A stretch of DNA of 64,000 nucleotides, from NCBI GenBank assembly GCA_963674735.2, contig CAXXQS010000002.1:1728001-1792000 (forward strand), given 5' to 3'. Shown here in pieces: positions 1 through 10,510 of the stretch (position 1 is the first letter of the stretch; each line of letters opens with the position of its first letter). The stretch comes from Myxococcota bacterium (GTDB lineage: Bacteria > Myxococcota_A > SURF-8). Made by a program: the position numbers and the translations under genes. The notes under the pieces are model-generated. The model was not told the DNA's origin. It did no database searches and was given only the letters and a program-made list of their open reading frames with translations.

Positions 1-400
1 TATCGAGGTAATCGCCTTCCTTGAGCGGCTCGGCAGTATCCGAACCGATGGAGATGTCGATCACCTTATCACCCAAGAGTCCCTTGGAACTGACGGTGGC
101 GATGGAATCTTTGCGGATGCGCGGCATCATGGCTTCGCGGATCTGCAGTTCGACATGCAGGTTTTTATCGCCAAGATTCTGGGCGAAATCGATGCCGGTG
201 ACGGTGCCGATGGCAACGCCGGCCAGACGGACCTGCGAGCCGGGCTTCAATCCGGAGACGTTTTCGAAAGCCACGTATAAATTGGTGGTCGATTCGAACA
301 GGCTGCGCTCCTGTCCGAGTAAAATGATCACGATAAATATCAGGATCGACCCCAGGGCGACGAAAGCCCCCACCATCAGGGTGACGCGTTTCTCGTTCAT
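1..400 (-). CDS. mlaD: MlaD/MCE family substrate-binding protein (5' part; runs off window start)
   Basis: Manual translation from ATG 400: MNEKRVTLMVGAFVALGSILIFIVIILLG...FENVSGLKPGSQVRLAGVAIGTV...SSKGLLGDKVIDI (TM anchor + MCE motifs); ATGA overlap with the mlaF stop. Confidence 0.9.
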   Translation of the reverse strand, partial: MNEKRVTLMVGAFVALGSILIFIVIILLGQERSLFESTTNLYVAFENVSGLKPGSQVRLAGVAIGTVTGIDFAQNLGDKNLHVELQIREAMMPRIRKDSIATVSSKGLLGDKVIDISIGSDTAEPLKEGDYLD

Positions 401-1173
401 GTCGCGATTCCATCCTCGTCTTTATAAAGACCTTCAAAGCGGCCCGTGATGAAGTTCTGGACCTCGGGAATATCCGATTTTTTTACGTTTTCGACCGTAT
501 CCGTCAGAATGATTCGTTTATCATAGAGAAAAGCGATGCGATCGGATACGGCGAAAGCGGAGCCCATGTCGTGGGTGACGACGACGCTGGTGCAGTGCAA
601 TACTTCCTGCATGCGCCGAATCAGGCTGTTGATGCGGCTGACGTTGATCGGGTCCAGGCCGGTTGTGGGTTCGTCCCACAAGATGACTTCCGGATTCATG
701 GCGATGGCGCGTGCCAGGCCGACACGCTTGCGCATGCCGCCGGACAGGTCGGCCGGACGCATGTTTTCGATGCCGGGCAAACCCACCAAGCTTAGCTTTT
801 GCGCTACCGTCTCATCGACTTCTTTTTCGGTGATTTCGGGCATATGTACCCGCAACGGATAAGCGATGTTCTCGCGTACGGAGATGGAGTCGAACAGCGC
901 GCCCGATTGAAACAGCATCGATACCCGCCGTCGGACGGGCAACCATTCGTCTTCATTGAAATCATTGACGGATTCACCGAAAATGGCGACGCTGCCGCTG
1001 TCGGGCTTGAGCAGACCGGTCAAGAATTTGAGGGTGACGGATTTCCCCGTGCCGGATCCACCCATGATGGTGATGGTCTCACCTTTGACGATATCCAAGT
1101 TCAGATCGGTGAACACGCTGTTCGACCCGAAGGCTTTGGATATGTTTTTAAGTGAGATCACGACATCCGACAT
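397..1173 (-). CDS. mlaF: MlaF-type ABC transporter ATP-binding protein
   Basis: Walker A GGSGTGKS, LFQSGALFDS, LSGGMRKRVGLARA, DEPTTGLDP; between mlaE and mlaD; alternative GTG start at 1182. Confidence 0.92.
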   Translation of the reverse strand: MSDVVISLKNISKAFGSNSVFTDLNLDIVKGETITIMGGSGTGKSVTLKFLTGLLKPDSGSVAIFGESVNDFNEDEWLPVRRRVSMLFQSGALFDSISVRENIAYPLRVHMPEITEKEVDETVAQKLSLVGLPGIENMRPADLSGGMRKRVGLARAIAMNPEVILWDEPTTGLDPINVSRINSLIRRMQEVLHCTSVVVTHDMGSAFAVSDRIAFLYDKRIILTDTVENVKKSDIPEVQNFITGRFEGLYKDEDGIAT

Positions 1174-1185
1174 TGGTTGCACCCC

Positions 1186-1965
1186 TTATAGTGCCAGTAA
1201 AAGCTTGGTTAAAATCAGATCGGCGATCAAGGTATTGACCGACGCGATGACGACTGTCTGAGTGGTGGACTGGCCCACGCCTTCGGTACCGCCCGCCGTG
1301 ACGAAGCCTTGGCGGCAGGCGATCAAACCGATGAAAAAGCCGAAGAACGTCGCTTTGACGATACCGGAAGTGAAGTCGGCGACGGAGGCGATTTCGACAA
1401 TGGACTGATAATAATACAGCGGTGTGATTCCGAACTCCATCACCGAGATGACCATGCCTCCCACGATTCCGATGACATCGGATAGCGCCGTTAAAAGCGG
1501 CATGATCAGGGTGGCGGCCACCACACGCGGGACGACCAGTTTGGAGATGGGATCGGCACCCAGGACGCGGATGGCGTCGATCTGCTCCGTTACCTTCATC
1601 GAGCCGAGTTCGGCGGTCATGCCTGCGCCGATGCGCCCTCCCACCATCAAAGCGGTGAGTACCGGTCCCAGTTCGCGTAAAATGGCGAGAGCGACCACTT
1701 GGCCCACATATTCGCGTGCGCCGAAGCGGGTCATGCTGGTGCCGAACTGCAAGGCAAGCACCATCCCTGCGAAAATAGCGGTCAGATTGGTAATCGCGAG
1801 AGACTTGATGCCGAGCATCCGGATTTGGTCGATGACTTCTCGCCACTCCAATTTGAAAGGCGATAGGCGGCGCATGACATTGGCGCCCATCAAGGCCAGA
1901 TCGCCGATCAGTTCGAGAAAGGCCTCGAACCGGAATGTCGGATGAAAGTGCTCAGCTTCGGCCAT
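1186..1965 (-). CDS. mlaE: MlaE family ABC permease
   Basis: RELGPVLTALMVGGRIGAGMTAELGSMKVTEQIDA and GGTEGVGQSTTQTVV motifs. Confidence 0.93.
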   Translation of the reverse strand: MAEAEHFHPTFRFEAFLELIGDLALMGANVMRRLSPFKLEWREVIDQIRMLGIKSLAITNLTAIFAGMVLALQFGTSMTRFGAREYVGQVVALAILRELGPVLTALMVGGRIGAGMTAELGSMKVTEQIDAIRVLGADPISKLVVPRVVAATLIMPLLTALSDVIGIVGGMVISVMEFGITPLYYYQSIVEIASVADFTSGIVKATFFGFFIGLIACRQGFVTAGGTEGVGQSTTQTVVIASVNTLIADLILTKLLLAL

Positions 1966-1966
1966 A

Positions 1967-2506
1967 TCACTTTTTCCGTTTGATTACGTGGAATTGTCCA
2001 CTGACCCGATGTAACGCAGCGATGCCCGAATCGAATTGGTCGGGGGGAGCCGTGAAGGACAGATCATAGGTGCAATAGTTTTTAACCAGAGTATAGGCCG
2101 CCACTTTGATCGGGGCGCCGTCGAGCATGCCGGATACTTCGCTGTAGAGGGATTGACGACCGTCGATGGTAACTTCCCGTTCGGTCAAGATTTCTTTTTT
2201 CTCGATTCCGAAGAAAAGGTGTTTGTGGAGAGCGGCGACTGGGGCATCCCGATATTCGTCACAGGTCGAATTGACCATAATGAAGGCGTCTAACTGCTTG
2301 TTCCAGAATATCAAATCGCTTTTATCGGTTTCGATGCGTGTCCAATTCCGACCGGGTGATTGAGCGGTATAGACGGTTTTTTCCGTTTCCACGATTCCTT
2401 TTCGGTAGGTGGCGGTACTGCAGGCTGTCAGTCCCGAAACGAGGAAGACCGCGATCAAACATCCGGTTACAGTCCGCCTCAACCAATGATTTACTAACGC
2501 ATTCAT
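1967..2506 (-). CDS. Hypothetical lipoprotein leading the mla operon
   Basis: Lipobox LTAC; stop 1 bp from the mlaE start. Confidence 0.7.
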   Translation of the reverse strand: MNALVNHWLRRTVTGCLIAVFLVSGLTACSTATYRKGIVETEKTVYTAQSPGRNWTRIETDKSDLIFWNKQLDAFIMVNSTCDEYRDAPVAALHKHLFFGIEKKEILTEREVTIDGRQSLYSEVSGMLDGAPIKVAAYTLVKNYCTYDLSFTAPPDQFDSGIAALHRVSGQFHVIKRKK

Positions 2507-2688
2507 TGACTTATGTCACCCCTTGTTACCCTCCATGAACCCGAACCACTATAACAATGTCATATAAGCGGTGACAAGGAAAAAGATCTTCATTAAAGAA
2601 GATTGTAATCAAGATTGACAGCACAAGTCCGATTCGGTTAAATAGTTACGTCCTACCGTCTGTGTGTCGTACGTGAGAGAGGTTCCCC

Positions 2689-3285
2689 ATGAAACGAAGT
2701 TTGACTTTATTGGTTACTCTGGTTTTGTTTATTGCTTTTGCCGCTCCGGTCGTCCAGGCCGATTCCTCCAATAACTTATTGAAAGGAGTCGGCAAAAAGA
2801 AAAGCCGACGGCCGTCGATGAGCCTGCTTTTGCGGGACGATCTCAAAGCCGAATTCCAGGCGATCTGGGAAGCGTATCTGGCCGAGGATAAGGACGATTA
2901 TCTGAGTCATTTTGCCGATAAGCTGACGATGGATGCCCGGACGCTGGTCGGTAAAAGAGCCGCCTCGACTAAAGCCGATCTTGATAAACGTGTGACCCGC
3001 GAGTTCAAATTGCAGGATTTCACCAAAGTTCAGTTCGAGGAATGCTTCGATTTACGTTCGCCGAATATGGTTTTCGTGATCTCGGAAGAGATGATGCACG
3101 ACCACATTCCGGTCTGGGGCTTTATGATCGAGCCCAAACAAATTCGCAAGTATATGAAACCCGGTGATTATCTGGTCATTGCCAACACGTTGCCCGATGT
3201 GTTCGACAAAGTCTCGATGCCATCGACGGTTTACCTTATTTTCCGCAAAATCGGCGACAAGTACCTCGTGGTGGGGATGGATTGA
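2689..3285 (+). CDS. Secreted hypothetical protein
   Basis: Sec signal peptide (...VVQA|D), GAGG RBS, TTGACA at 2615 upstream, terminator downstream. Confidence 0.7.
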   Translation: MKRSLTLLVTLVLFIAFAAPVVQADSSNNLLKGVGKKKSRRPSMSLLLRDDLKAEFQAIWEAYLAEDKDDYLSHFADKLTMDARTLVGKRAASTKADLDKRVTREFKLQDFTKVQFEECFDLRSPNMVFVISEEMMHDHIPVWGFMIEPKQIRKYMKPGDYLVIANTLPDVFDKVSMPSTVYLIFRKIGDKYLVVGMD

Positions 3286-3307
3286 CGATTGGCTGCTTCC
3301 AGTCTGC

Positions 3308-3332
3308 AACCCCGGCTGAGTCCGGGGTTTTT
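3308..3332 (+). terminator. Rho-independent terminator
   Basis: AACCCCGG-ctgagt-CCGGGGTT followed by a T-run, between convergent genes. Confidence 0.7.
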
Positions 3333-4592
3333 CTATGCTGGGTTCGTCAGCCAGAACCACACGAGCCAACCGGCTGCCAAGGCGGCCAAAGCCCACAACA
3401 ACCAAAGTTGTTGGTGTTGGGGAGATGACGTCGAGGTTTGATCGGCTACGGAAGGCTCTTCAGTCGATTTGTCTGGTGATATTGCCAGCTTGACGTCGGC
3501 GAAATCCCAATCCAATGCCATTTGACCGGCATGATCGAGTGCTGCATAGCGGATCCGGTTGGGTGGGTCGAAGTTTAGGGGATAAAACGCGCTTTCCGGG
3601 GGTGTCATGAGGCTGACGGCTTGTGCCGATTCGACCGAGAGTAGAGCCGCTCGACCCCGAGCGTCGCCCAAAGCGATGAAATGCCCCTCCTCCGAGAAAG
3701 CGACTCGCAGTTCATTCATGGGTTGAGCGGGGGGAAGCTTGGTGAGAATGTCGCGTTCCCAGAACAGCCAACCACCCGGCTTTTCATCTTTTTCTTCCAG
3801 AATCATTCCCTGCATGACGAGGGTCGGATCGAGTGTATCGGTTTCCGCGCCCGACCGCTCGAATCGGATAAGTGCGAGGCGACCGGCGGCCTCGTCTGCG
3901 ACGAGGGCGTGTCGTCCTGTGGGTGCGCCCCAAAGCCGATTCCCTTTGAAAGGGAGATCCAGTGTGGCAAACGGTTCCGTCGATCGTTCCCAATCGAAAA
4001 GGGCGATTTGGCCCTCATTGAGCACGAGTAGACGTTGATCGATAATGGCGAACTCGGATGGTGCGGGTGCTTTATTCCAGAGCAACGAGCGAGTTTGGCC
4101 GTCTTCCCGGATCAATAAGATCCGGGAATCGTTTGCATTCCGCCGCCAGAGCAACACGGCATTTCCGTCCGGTGTTCCGATCAGCCGTTCGGGCTTTCCG
4201 TCGGGTCTCCAGTCGGCTAACGCTTCGATATCGCGAAATAAAACCTCTGTTCGTTGTTGCAGCGTCGCAGGATACAGCCACTCCAGTCTATCCGCTTGGG
4301 GTGGGCAGGCGATGATACTGTTGCCTGCCGAGACCGGGAGCAGGGGAAAAGTCTGTTGCGAGTCGGTTAAAGAACCTTTGGGCCAGACGTTGGAGAGTTC
4401 ACCCAGGTCGTCGTCGATACCGATTAGCGTATGGGGCCAGGCGATGCAATAACGATTTGAAGTGGCCGCAACGACCCGCGCCTGATGCACGCCGACGGAT
4501 GGATCGGGTGATGTGAGCGGGACCGGTTGCAGGAGGCGTCCGCGGACGGTTTGCGTCGGAAAATCGAATTGTCGGCGATCACGGTCCGTCAT
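3333..4592 (-). CDS. Hypothetical protein, possibly beta-propeller-like, with C-terminal membrane anchor
   Basis: 419-aa ORF overlapping the end of the upstream gene; hydrophobic C-terminus LWLLWALAALAAGWLVWFWL. Confidence 0.6.
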   Translation of the reverse strand: MTDRDRRQFDFPTQTVRGRLLQPVPLTSPDPSVGVHQARVVAATSNRYCIAWPHTLIGIDDDLGELSNVWPKGSLTDSQQTFPLLPVSAGNSIIACPPQADRLEWLYPATLQQRTEVLFRDIEALADWRPDGKPERLIGTPDGNAVLLWRRNANDSRILLIREDGQTRSLLWNKAPAPSEFAIIDQRLLVLNEGQIALFDWERSTEPFATLDLPFKGNRLWGAPTGRHALVADEAAGRLALIRFERSGAETDTLDPTLVMQGMILEEKDEKPGGWLFWERDILTKLPPAQPMNELRVAFSEEGHFIALGDARGRAALLSVESAQAVSLMTPPESAFYPLNFDPPNRIRYAALDHAGQMALDWDFADVKLAISPDKSTEEPSVADQTSTSSPQHQQLWLLWALAALAAGWLVWFWLTNPA

Positions 4593-5952
4593 GCATTTCC
4601 CTTGTGTTGCGGGATTTCAGCAGCGTTTGGATCAAGTTGGCGTGGTCTTTGGGAAAGGCGCTGCCGGAATAGGCGACGGTGCCGTCCGGAGCCAGAATCA
4701 CATTTTGGGGAAACGACACCATGCCCAGGTGTTCGGTCAGGGTTTCGTTCAGATCCATTACGATGGGATAGGTCAACTCTTTTTCTGCGGCAAACGCACG
4801 CATCCGATTGGGTGTATCCAGCACATCCACGCTCAAAACGGTGACCTGCGGATTATCTTTGTAAATTTCCACGAATTGCTTGATCGCGGGAATCTCGGCC
4901 ACGCACTCTTTACACCAGATCCCCCAGAAGGGCAGATACACGACCTTCCCGCGTAGCTGGCTCAATTTCTTTAGTGGCAAAGAGGGGCTGTTCGCTGTTT
5001 GGGGTGTTTGCTCGCGATAGCTGAAGTCGGGGAAAAGCGCTCCTTTTTCAAGAGCTTTTACGCCGGAGAGCCCCGACTTATCCACGTGGGTTACCGTCCA
5101 GAGTTCAGTTTTCGTGGAGTTGGCTTGGCTGGAAAGCTCGGTGGAATCGAACCAGCCGCCAAAGGTGGCCGCTTGATAGAGGTAGTAGCCCGCCATTACG
5201 ACGATCACCAGCAAAAACAAGAGTTTGACAAGCTGGCCAAGGCGTCCTTGGCTGCGCAGACGTGAGGCCAGACTGGCCGACATACCGGCTACGACCATGA
5301 GCGTCGCCAGGCCCAAAGCGTAGACGAACATCAGGGCGGAGCCGTAAAACAGCGCACCGGCCTTGGCTACGTGTGTCAGCACCAGCGCAATGACCGGCGC
5401 GGTACAGGGACCGGCCAGCAGTCCGCTGATGAAGCCGAAAGCGAATGTGGCGGCGGCTCCGCCTCCCTGGGTGGTGGAGTACCAACGCACGGCTCGACCC
5501 ATCAATCCGGCCTGATCGCCTTTAGCGAAACTCCGGTTTTGCAGCCAGGCCCCGATATCCACGCGGTCGCCTTTCCAGAGCCACAGTGCCAACAGTATCA
5601 TTACCAGAGCCAGAACCAAGTAGGCGATGGGCGAGGAAGCCAAAGCTCCGAATACCGCTTTTCCGGACAACGCCGCAGCCATGCCGAGGATGACGAACAT
5701 CGAGGCGAGCCCGAGTGCGTAGACCATGCCCATGAGAAACGCTCGTCCGCGATGGGTCACCGTTTCCACCATTTTTCCGTCGAGGAATTCGCGACGGCGG
5801 GCGGTGGCGGTGATGGTGCCGACCGCGACCGGAAAAAGCGGAAGAACGCAAGGGGTGAGGCTGGTCAAAATACCGGCGATATAGACTAGGATAAAAGCCA
5901 AAAACGGCGAATGGGCCAGGGCGTTTTCGAATTGCTGAGTTAAGCTTTCCAT
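4579..5952 (-). CDS. CcdA/DsbD transmembrane domain fused to a TlpA-like thioredoxin (DipZ-like)
   Basis: SLTPCVLP and GPCTAP motifs; C-terminal FWGIWCKECVAEIP redoxin CxxC. Confidence 0.88.
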   Translation of the reverse strand: MESLTQQFENALAHSPFLAFILVYIAGILTSLTPCVLPLFPVAVGTITATARRREFLDGKMVETVTHRGRAFLMGMVYALGLASMFVILGMAAALSGKAVFGALASSPIAYLVLALVMILLALWLWKGDRVDIGAWLQNRSFAKGDQAGLMGRAVRWYSTTQGGGAAATFAFGFISGLLAGPCTAPVIALVLTHVAKAGALFYGSALMFVYALGLATLMVVAGMSASLASRLRSQGRLGQLVKLLFLLVIVVMAGYYLYQAATFGGWFDSTELSSQANSTKTELWTVTHVDKSGLSGVKALEKGALFPDFSYREQTPQTANSPSLPLKKLSQLRGKVVYLPFWGIWCKECVAEIPAIKQFVEIYKDNPQVTVLSVDVLDTPNRMRAFAAEKELTYPIVMDLNETLTEHLGMVSFPQNVILAPDGTVAYSGSAFPKDHANLIQTLLKSRNTREMHDGP

Positions 5953-5998
5953 GTTGCGCCTCGCATCGGTTGACGGGATCTTCTCACAAAATGGCGGT

Positions 5999-6970
5999 TC
6001 AGCCGCCTGGAAGATCGGGCAGGTCGTTATCGGGCCAGACGATCACTTCGCGGTCGAGTGCGAGGTCGAATCGGTCTATGACGGCTTGCCGCATGCGGCG
6101 GGCCAGTTCAAGCACGTCGGCGGCGCTGGCCGTGCCGGTATTGATAATGATATTCGCATGTTTTTCGAAAACCGCCGCTCCTCCGACTTGCATCGATTTC
6201 GCCCCGATCCGGTCGAGGAAGGCTCCGGCGGCCTGGCGGCGGCTGGCCTTGGACGTCGGTTCGATGTTACGGAAAAACGAACCGGCGCAGGGGATGTTGC
6301 GCCAGTCGGGATGTTTAGAGCGTCGTAAATCCATGATTTCGTTCACGCGCTGCTCCGCTTTGTCACGGTCGCCGGGTTTGAGTTTCAGGGTGGCCGATAA
6401 CAGGATTTCGCCGCTTCGTTTCAAGCGACTGGAACGGTAGGCAAAATCGAGTTCGGCTGCGTCGACCGTTCGGATGGAACCATCGCGGTCGAGTAGCTCC
6501 GCCGATTCCAGCACATCGCCGACCTGTTCGCCGAATGCGCCCGCATTACCGAAAATCGCGCCACCCAAAGTGCCCGGAATTCCGGCGGCGAATTCGAAGC
6601 CGGTCAAGCCTGCCGCAACGCTCGCCAGAGCGGTTTCGTGGAAATCCACACCGCCGGGGGCGATCAGGCGGTCATTTTCACAACGGATCGTGCTTTTGGG
6701 GGATCGGAAGACAACCACCAGACCGTCGAATCCGGCGTCGTCGATCAATAGATTCGTTCCACCACCCAGCAGACGCCAAGGGAGATTTATGCTGTCGGCA
6801 TCATGGACCAAAGCGACTATTTCACTGGGAAATTCCAGCTCGATGAGGATCGCCGCCGGTCCGCCGATCCGGAAGGCGGTGTAGCGATCCAAGCCGACGC
6901 CGTGTCTGATTCGGGGGAGCCAGCGATCGGGCAAAGGATGGACTCGGGTTTGGGCAAGGCAATCGGACAT
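5999..6970 (-). CDS. murB: UDP-N-acetylenolpyruvoylglucosamine reductase
   Basis: FRIGGPA, GGGTNLL, GIPGTLGGAIFGNAGAFG, AGSFFRN, KHANIIIN; ATG 6970 with AAGGA RBS (ORF-track start 7195 is over-extended). Confidence 0.93.
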   Translation of the reverse strand: MSDCLAQTRVHPLPDRWLPRIRHGVGLDRYTAFRIGGPAAILIELEFPSEIVALVHDADSINLPWRLLGGGTNLLIDDAGFDGLVVVFRSPKSTIRCENDRLIAPGGVDFHETALASVAAGLTGFEFAAGIPGTLGGAIFGNAGAFGEQVGDVLESAELLDRDGSIRTVDAAELDFAYRSSRLKRSGEILLSATLKLKPGDRDKAEQRVNEIMDLRRSKHPDWRNIPCAGSFFRNIEPTSKASRRQAAGAFLDRIGAKSMQVGGAAVFEKHANIIINTGTASAADVLELARRMRQAVIDRFDLALDREVIVWPDNDLPDLPGG

Positions 6971-7184
6971 GAGGTTTCCTTTACGGTTCAAAGCCTGCCC
7001 AGTGTAATCCAAGGATGCCATGGGCGCAAGCAGGCAATGCAGGCGGATCGTTTCCTTGCTGTGACTTTTTATGGTATGGATAGAATGAGAAATATCGGAA
7101 GCTTTCACCGTATTCGACCATCCTGTTTCTTTATGGCAATGGCGGTCGTTGATGAACGGTGCGATCAGTGTGGGAGGAGGCGTG

Positions 7185-7754
7185 ATGTCCAACATTTATA
7201 CACGATCAGGGGATAAGGGCCAGACTTCCCTGGTCGATGGCAGCCGGGTGGCCAAAGATGCGGAACGGGTCGAGGCCTATGGACATCTCGACGAGATCAA
7301 CTCCTGGGTGGGGGCCGCCCGCGCGTTTGCCACCGATTCGCTGCTCGATCGGACTCTGGAGTTTTTACAGCATCGGCTGTACAACTGTTCGTCCAATCTG
7401 GCCACCCCGCCCGACTCGGGTTTCGAGCCGCCGTTGGTTACCCCGGAGGATGTCATTTTTCTTGAACGGGCTATCGACCGCTTCGAAAGCGCCACCGGGC
7501 CGCTTGCCCAATTCGTGGTACCCGGAGGCAGCCAAGCAGCCGGACTTTTGCACATTTGTCGGACGGTTTGCCGCCGGACCGAACGGCGGCTGGTCGGGTT
7601 AAGCGCCAGCGAACCGGTCGATGCCACGGTTGTGGCTTTCATCAACCGTGCCTCCGATTTTCTCTTTGCCGCTGCGCGCTATGCCAATCAGGTAGTGGGG
7701 GCGGAGGACGTTCATTGGGACAAAAATCTGCCCTTACCCGACCTGGATGTATAG
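7185..7754 (+). CDS. pduO: PduO-type cob(I)alamin adenosyltransferase
   Basis: IYTRSGDKGQTSL, EAYGHLDEINS, CRTVCRRTER, INRASDFLF; GGAGGAGG RBS. Confidence 0.92.
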   Translation: MSNIYTRSGDKGQTSLVDGSRVAKDAERVEAYGHLDEINSWVGAARAFATDSLLDRTLEFLQHRLYNCSSNLATPPDSGFEPPLVTPEDVIFLERAIDRFESATGPLAQFVVPGGSQAAGLLHICRTVCRRTERRLVGLSASEPVDATVVAFINRASDFLFAAARYANQVVGAEDVHWDKNLPLPDLDV

Positions 7755-7776
7755 GTCGGCCTTTTTGTGACGCCTA

Positions 7777-9075
7777 TCAGCCTTTTCCGTTCGAAAGAAT
7801 CGGTTGCCCGTGGGGGTCGGTGTCGGGATGGTCCACCGCCTGCGCCACGTCTTGTAGAAGTTTGTCGTTGATGAAGTGTTCCATACGGTCGGCCGGACTA
7901 TGCAGATGATCGTCGGGCAACGGGGAATGTTTGGCCAGGAAGCTTTCCCATAGACGATGTCCGCGTATCAGCTTTCCGGCTTCTTTGCGGCCCTCATCGG
8001 ACAGGCTGAATCCGTCGGCCGCTCGTTGCATGAGACCGCGCCAGGTCAGCATGTTCAAAGCAAGGGTGTGGCCTGTGCGACCGCTCATGGCCTCGACGAT
8101 GGCGTTGCGCGGCATGGCGCTTCCTGACCCGCGTTCCTGCCAACGATAGACCAACGCCATGATGTCTTCACGCTGAATCCGCAATTTGACCCGCAGTTGG
8201 AACAGGGTACGTGCCACAACGCCGTAATGCGGTCCGAACAGCACCGCCAGGACGAAATGCGCACCGGCCGCGACCGCCATCATGCCGGCAACCGAAGTGT
8301 CCAGCATCAGGGCCGATTCACGCCCCAGAACCGCAGATGAAATACCCACCACAACCGACAGCAGCACCATCCAGTGCATGCGATCGGTGAGCAGATACGC
8401 GGTCGCCGAGGGGACCACCAGCATGGCGACCACCAAAATGGACCCGACCGCTTCGAAAGCCACGACGGTAAAGCCTGCAACCATGGCCATCAGCAGATAG
8501 TGGATCAATGTTGTCGGCAAGCCGAGGGTGGTGGCCAGATTCGGGTCGAAACTGACGATCTTCAGCTCTTTCCAGAACAGTCCCACGAACGCGATGATGA
8601 TGACGGTGGCAATCGCCAGTGTGAGCGTCATGCGCGGGATCTCCAGCCCTGCAAGGCTGATCGTATCCAGCGCGGCCGATTCCAGAATACCGTAGAGCAC
8701 GCAGCCCGGGTCCAGATCGACCTGGCTGGCGACTCGGCTGATCAGGATTACGCCGAGGGCGAACAGCGAGGTGAAGACAACGCCGATGGCGGCGTCTTCG
8801 GCGACGCGGGCGAAACGGCGGATCAGCTCGGTCAGCAGAACGGTCGCGAGACCGGCCAGCGCCGCTCCGATCAGCATGGGGATGGGGTGGCGGCTCTGGG
8901 CGACCACGAAGGCGATGGCCAGGCCCGGCAAGACGGCGTGTGAAATCGCATCCCCCAGCAGGCTCATGCGGCGCAGAACGAGGTAATTGCCCAGCAACGC
9001 TCCCGAAACATTCACCAGAATGCCGGTTGCGATGATCCAAAATCCGATGGCGTCAAATCCGAGTACGGTATCCAT
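7777..9075 (-). CDS. Mn/Zn ABC permease (TroD-like) with C-terminal DtxR-like domain
   Basis: LGDAISHAVLPG, DLDPGCVLYG, AFEAVGSILVVAML; tail IRGHRLWESFL...ADRMEH. Confidence 0.9.
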   Translation of the reverse strand: MDTVLGFDAIGFWIIATGILVNVSGALLGNYLVLRRMSLLGDAISHAVLPGLAIAFVVAQSRHPIPMLIGAALAGLATVLLTELIRRFARVAEDAAIGVVFTSLFALGVILISRVASQVDLDPGCVLYGILESAALDTISLAGLEIPRMTLTLAIATVIIIAFVGLFWKELKIVSFDPNLATTLGLPTTLIHYLLMAMVAGFTVVAFEAVGSILVVAMLVVPSATAYLLTDRMHWMVLLSVVVGISSAVLGRESALMLDTSVAGMMAVAAGAHFVLAVLFGPHYGVVARTLFQLRVKLRIQREDIMALVYRWQERGSGSAMPRNAIVEAMSGRTGHTLALNMLTWRGLMQRAADGFSLSDEGRKEAGKLIRGHRLWESFLAKHSPLPDDHLHSPADRMEHFINDKLLQDVAQAVDHPDTDPHGQPILSNGKG

Positions 9076-9100
9076 GGTGTCATCTCCACGGGGTTGAGTA

Positions 9101-10507
9101 TCAGGCGTGCTCGCCTTCCGTTAACGGGTGTACGGAGCTTGGCGCAGTGGCGGGCCAACGTCCGGCGGCCTGTAGCTTCTGTTCGAGATCTTTGAGGATT
9201 TCGGGCGTCAGCACGTGTTCGATCTCGTCGGCGTCGCGATGGACGTGGTCGGACGCGATGGAAGCCTGTTCCACCAGGTAGACTTCCCATAGTCGATGCG
9301 CCCGCACGATCTGGGCAGCGTGCCGCCGTCCGGCTTCCGTCAAACGCCAACCGGTCGGATGGCTCTCGACTTCGCCGAGCAGCCGTCCCCACCAGCTTAA
9401 CACCTGTAATTGGCGCGGCGACCACGAGCGCAACTTGAGCAGCACCGAGGGTGTAATCGGGATGTCGATGTTTTCATTTTCTTCGGCGGCTTCGAACAAG
9501 GTGCGTAGCAGATTCTGTCGGGCAATGCGCAAACGGGTGGTGAGTTCCAGTAAACTGCGCGCGATCAATCCCCGGCGCGGGGCCACCAGCATGCTGATCA
9601 TGAAGACCGCCGATCCCGACAAGACAATCACGGCTCCGGCGGGCAAGTCCGCGAATTGAGCGCTGGCGTAGGTGCCGACAAAACCGGTCAGCAACCCGAA
9701 GAATCCCGCCAGCGGGACCAGGACGTGCAGTTTATCCGTCCAGAAACGCGCCGAGACTCCCGGAATGATCAGCATGGCGGCGATCAGCACCACACCTACG
9801 GCGGGCAGGCCGATCACGGTGGTGAATACCAGAAGCGCCATCAACAAACCATCGAGAACCAGTACCGGCCAACCGAGCACGGCCGCGAAATCGGGATCGA
9901 AGCCGATCAGTTTGAATTCTTTATAGAGCAGGGCCACCATAACCAGAACGTTGGCCGCAACCAGCGCGATGGTCAGCAGATCCTGGCTGATCATACCGGC
10001 CGTTTTTCCGAGCAAAAAGGCGTCGAGTCCGGCTTGCTGGCCTGTGGGATCGTCCTGGATGATGCGTGAGAGGGCGATACCCAGACCGAACAACACGCTC
10101 AACACGATTCCGATGGCGGCATCGGACTTGATGCGGGTATGGCGTATCAGCCAAGAGATGGCCAGACTACCCAAAATACCGCTGATGGCGGCGCCGGTCA
10201 GCATACCGATGAAGTTGCGTTCGCCGATGAGCATAAAAGCGATGGCCAGGCCGGGTAGGGCGGCATGCGCCACCGCGTCGCCCACCAGGGAGCGCTTTTT
10301 CAAGACGGCGAAAGCCCCGACGACACCCGAGGTCAGGCCCAGCAGACTCGTGCCCAGCCAGATCAGAAACGAGTTGTAATGCAAACCGAAAAGATCGGCC
10401 AGTACGACGATCCCTTGCTGGATCGGTTCGAGGCCGAAAGCTTCGACGGCGGTGATCTCAAGCGCCAGCGCTACCGGGATAAGCCATAGCAATCCAAAGC
10501 GTTGCAT
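9101..10507 (-). CDS. Mn/Zn ABC permease (TroC-like) with C-terminal DtxR-like domain
   Basis: VGDAVAHAALPG, DAAIGIVLS; tail VRAHRLWEVYL...DADEIEH. Confidence 0.9.
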   Translation of the reverse strand: MQRFGLLWLIPVALALEITAVEAFGLEPIQQGIVVLADLFGLHYNSFLIWLGTSLLGLTSGVVGAFAVLKKRSLVGDAVAHAALPGLAIAFMLIGERNFIGMLTGAAISGILGSLAISWLIRHTRIKSDAAIGIVLSVLFGLGIALSRIIQDDPTGQQAGLDAFLLGKTAGMISQDLLTIALVAANVLVMVALLYKEFKLIGFDPDFAAVLGWPVLVLDGLLMALLVFTTVIGLPAVGVVLIAAMLIIPGVSARFWTDKLHVLVPLAGFFGLLTGFVGTYASAQFADLPAGAVIVLSGSAVFMISMLVAPRRGLIARSLLELTTRLRIARQNLLRTLFEAAEENENIDIPITPSVLLKLRSWSPRQLQVLSWWGRLLGEVESHPTGWRLTEAGRRHAAQIVRAHRLWEVYLVEQASIASDHVHRDADEIEHVLTPEILKDLEQKLQAAGRWPATAPSSVHPLTEGEHA

Positions 10508-10510
10508 GGT

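Noticed and set aside
6971-7184. Cobalamin riboswitch upstream of pduO
   Set aside because: No B12-box or conserved GGGAA/GCCCCCGC-ACTGT elements seen.
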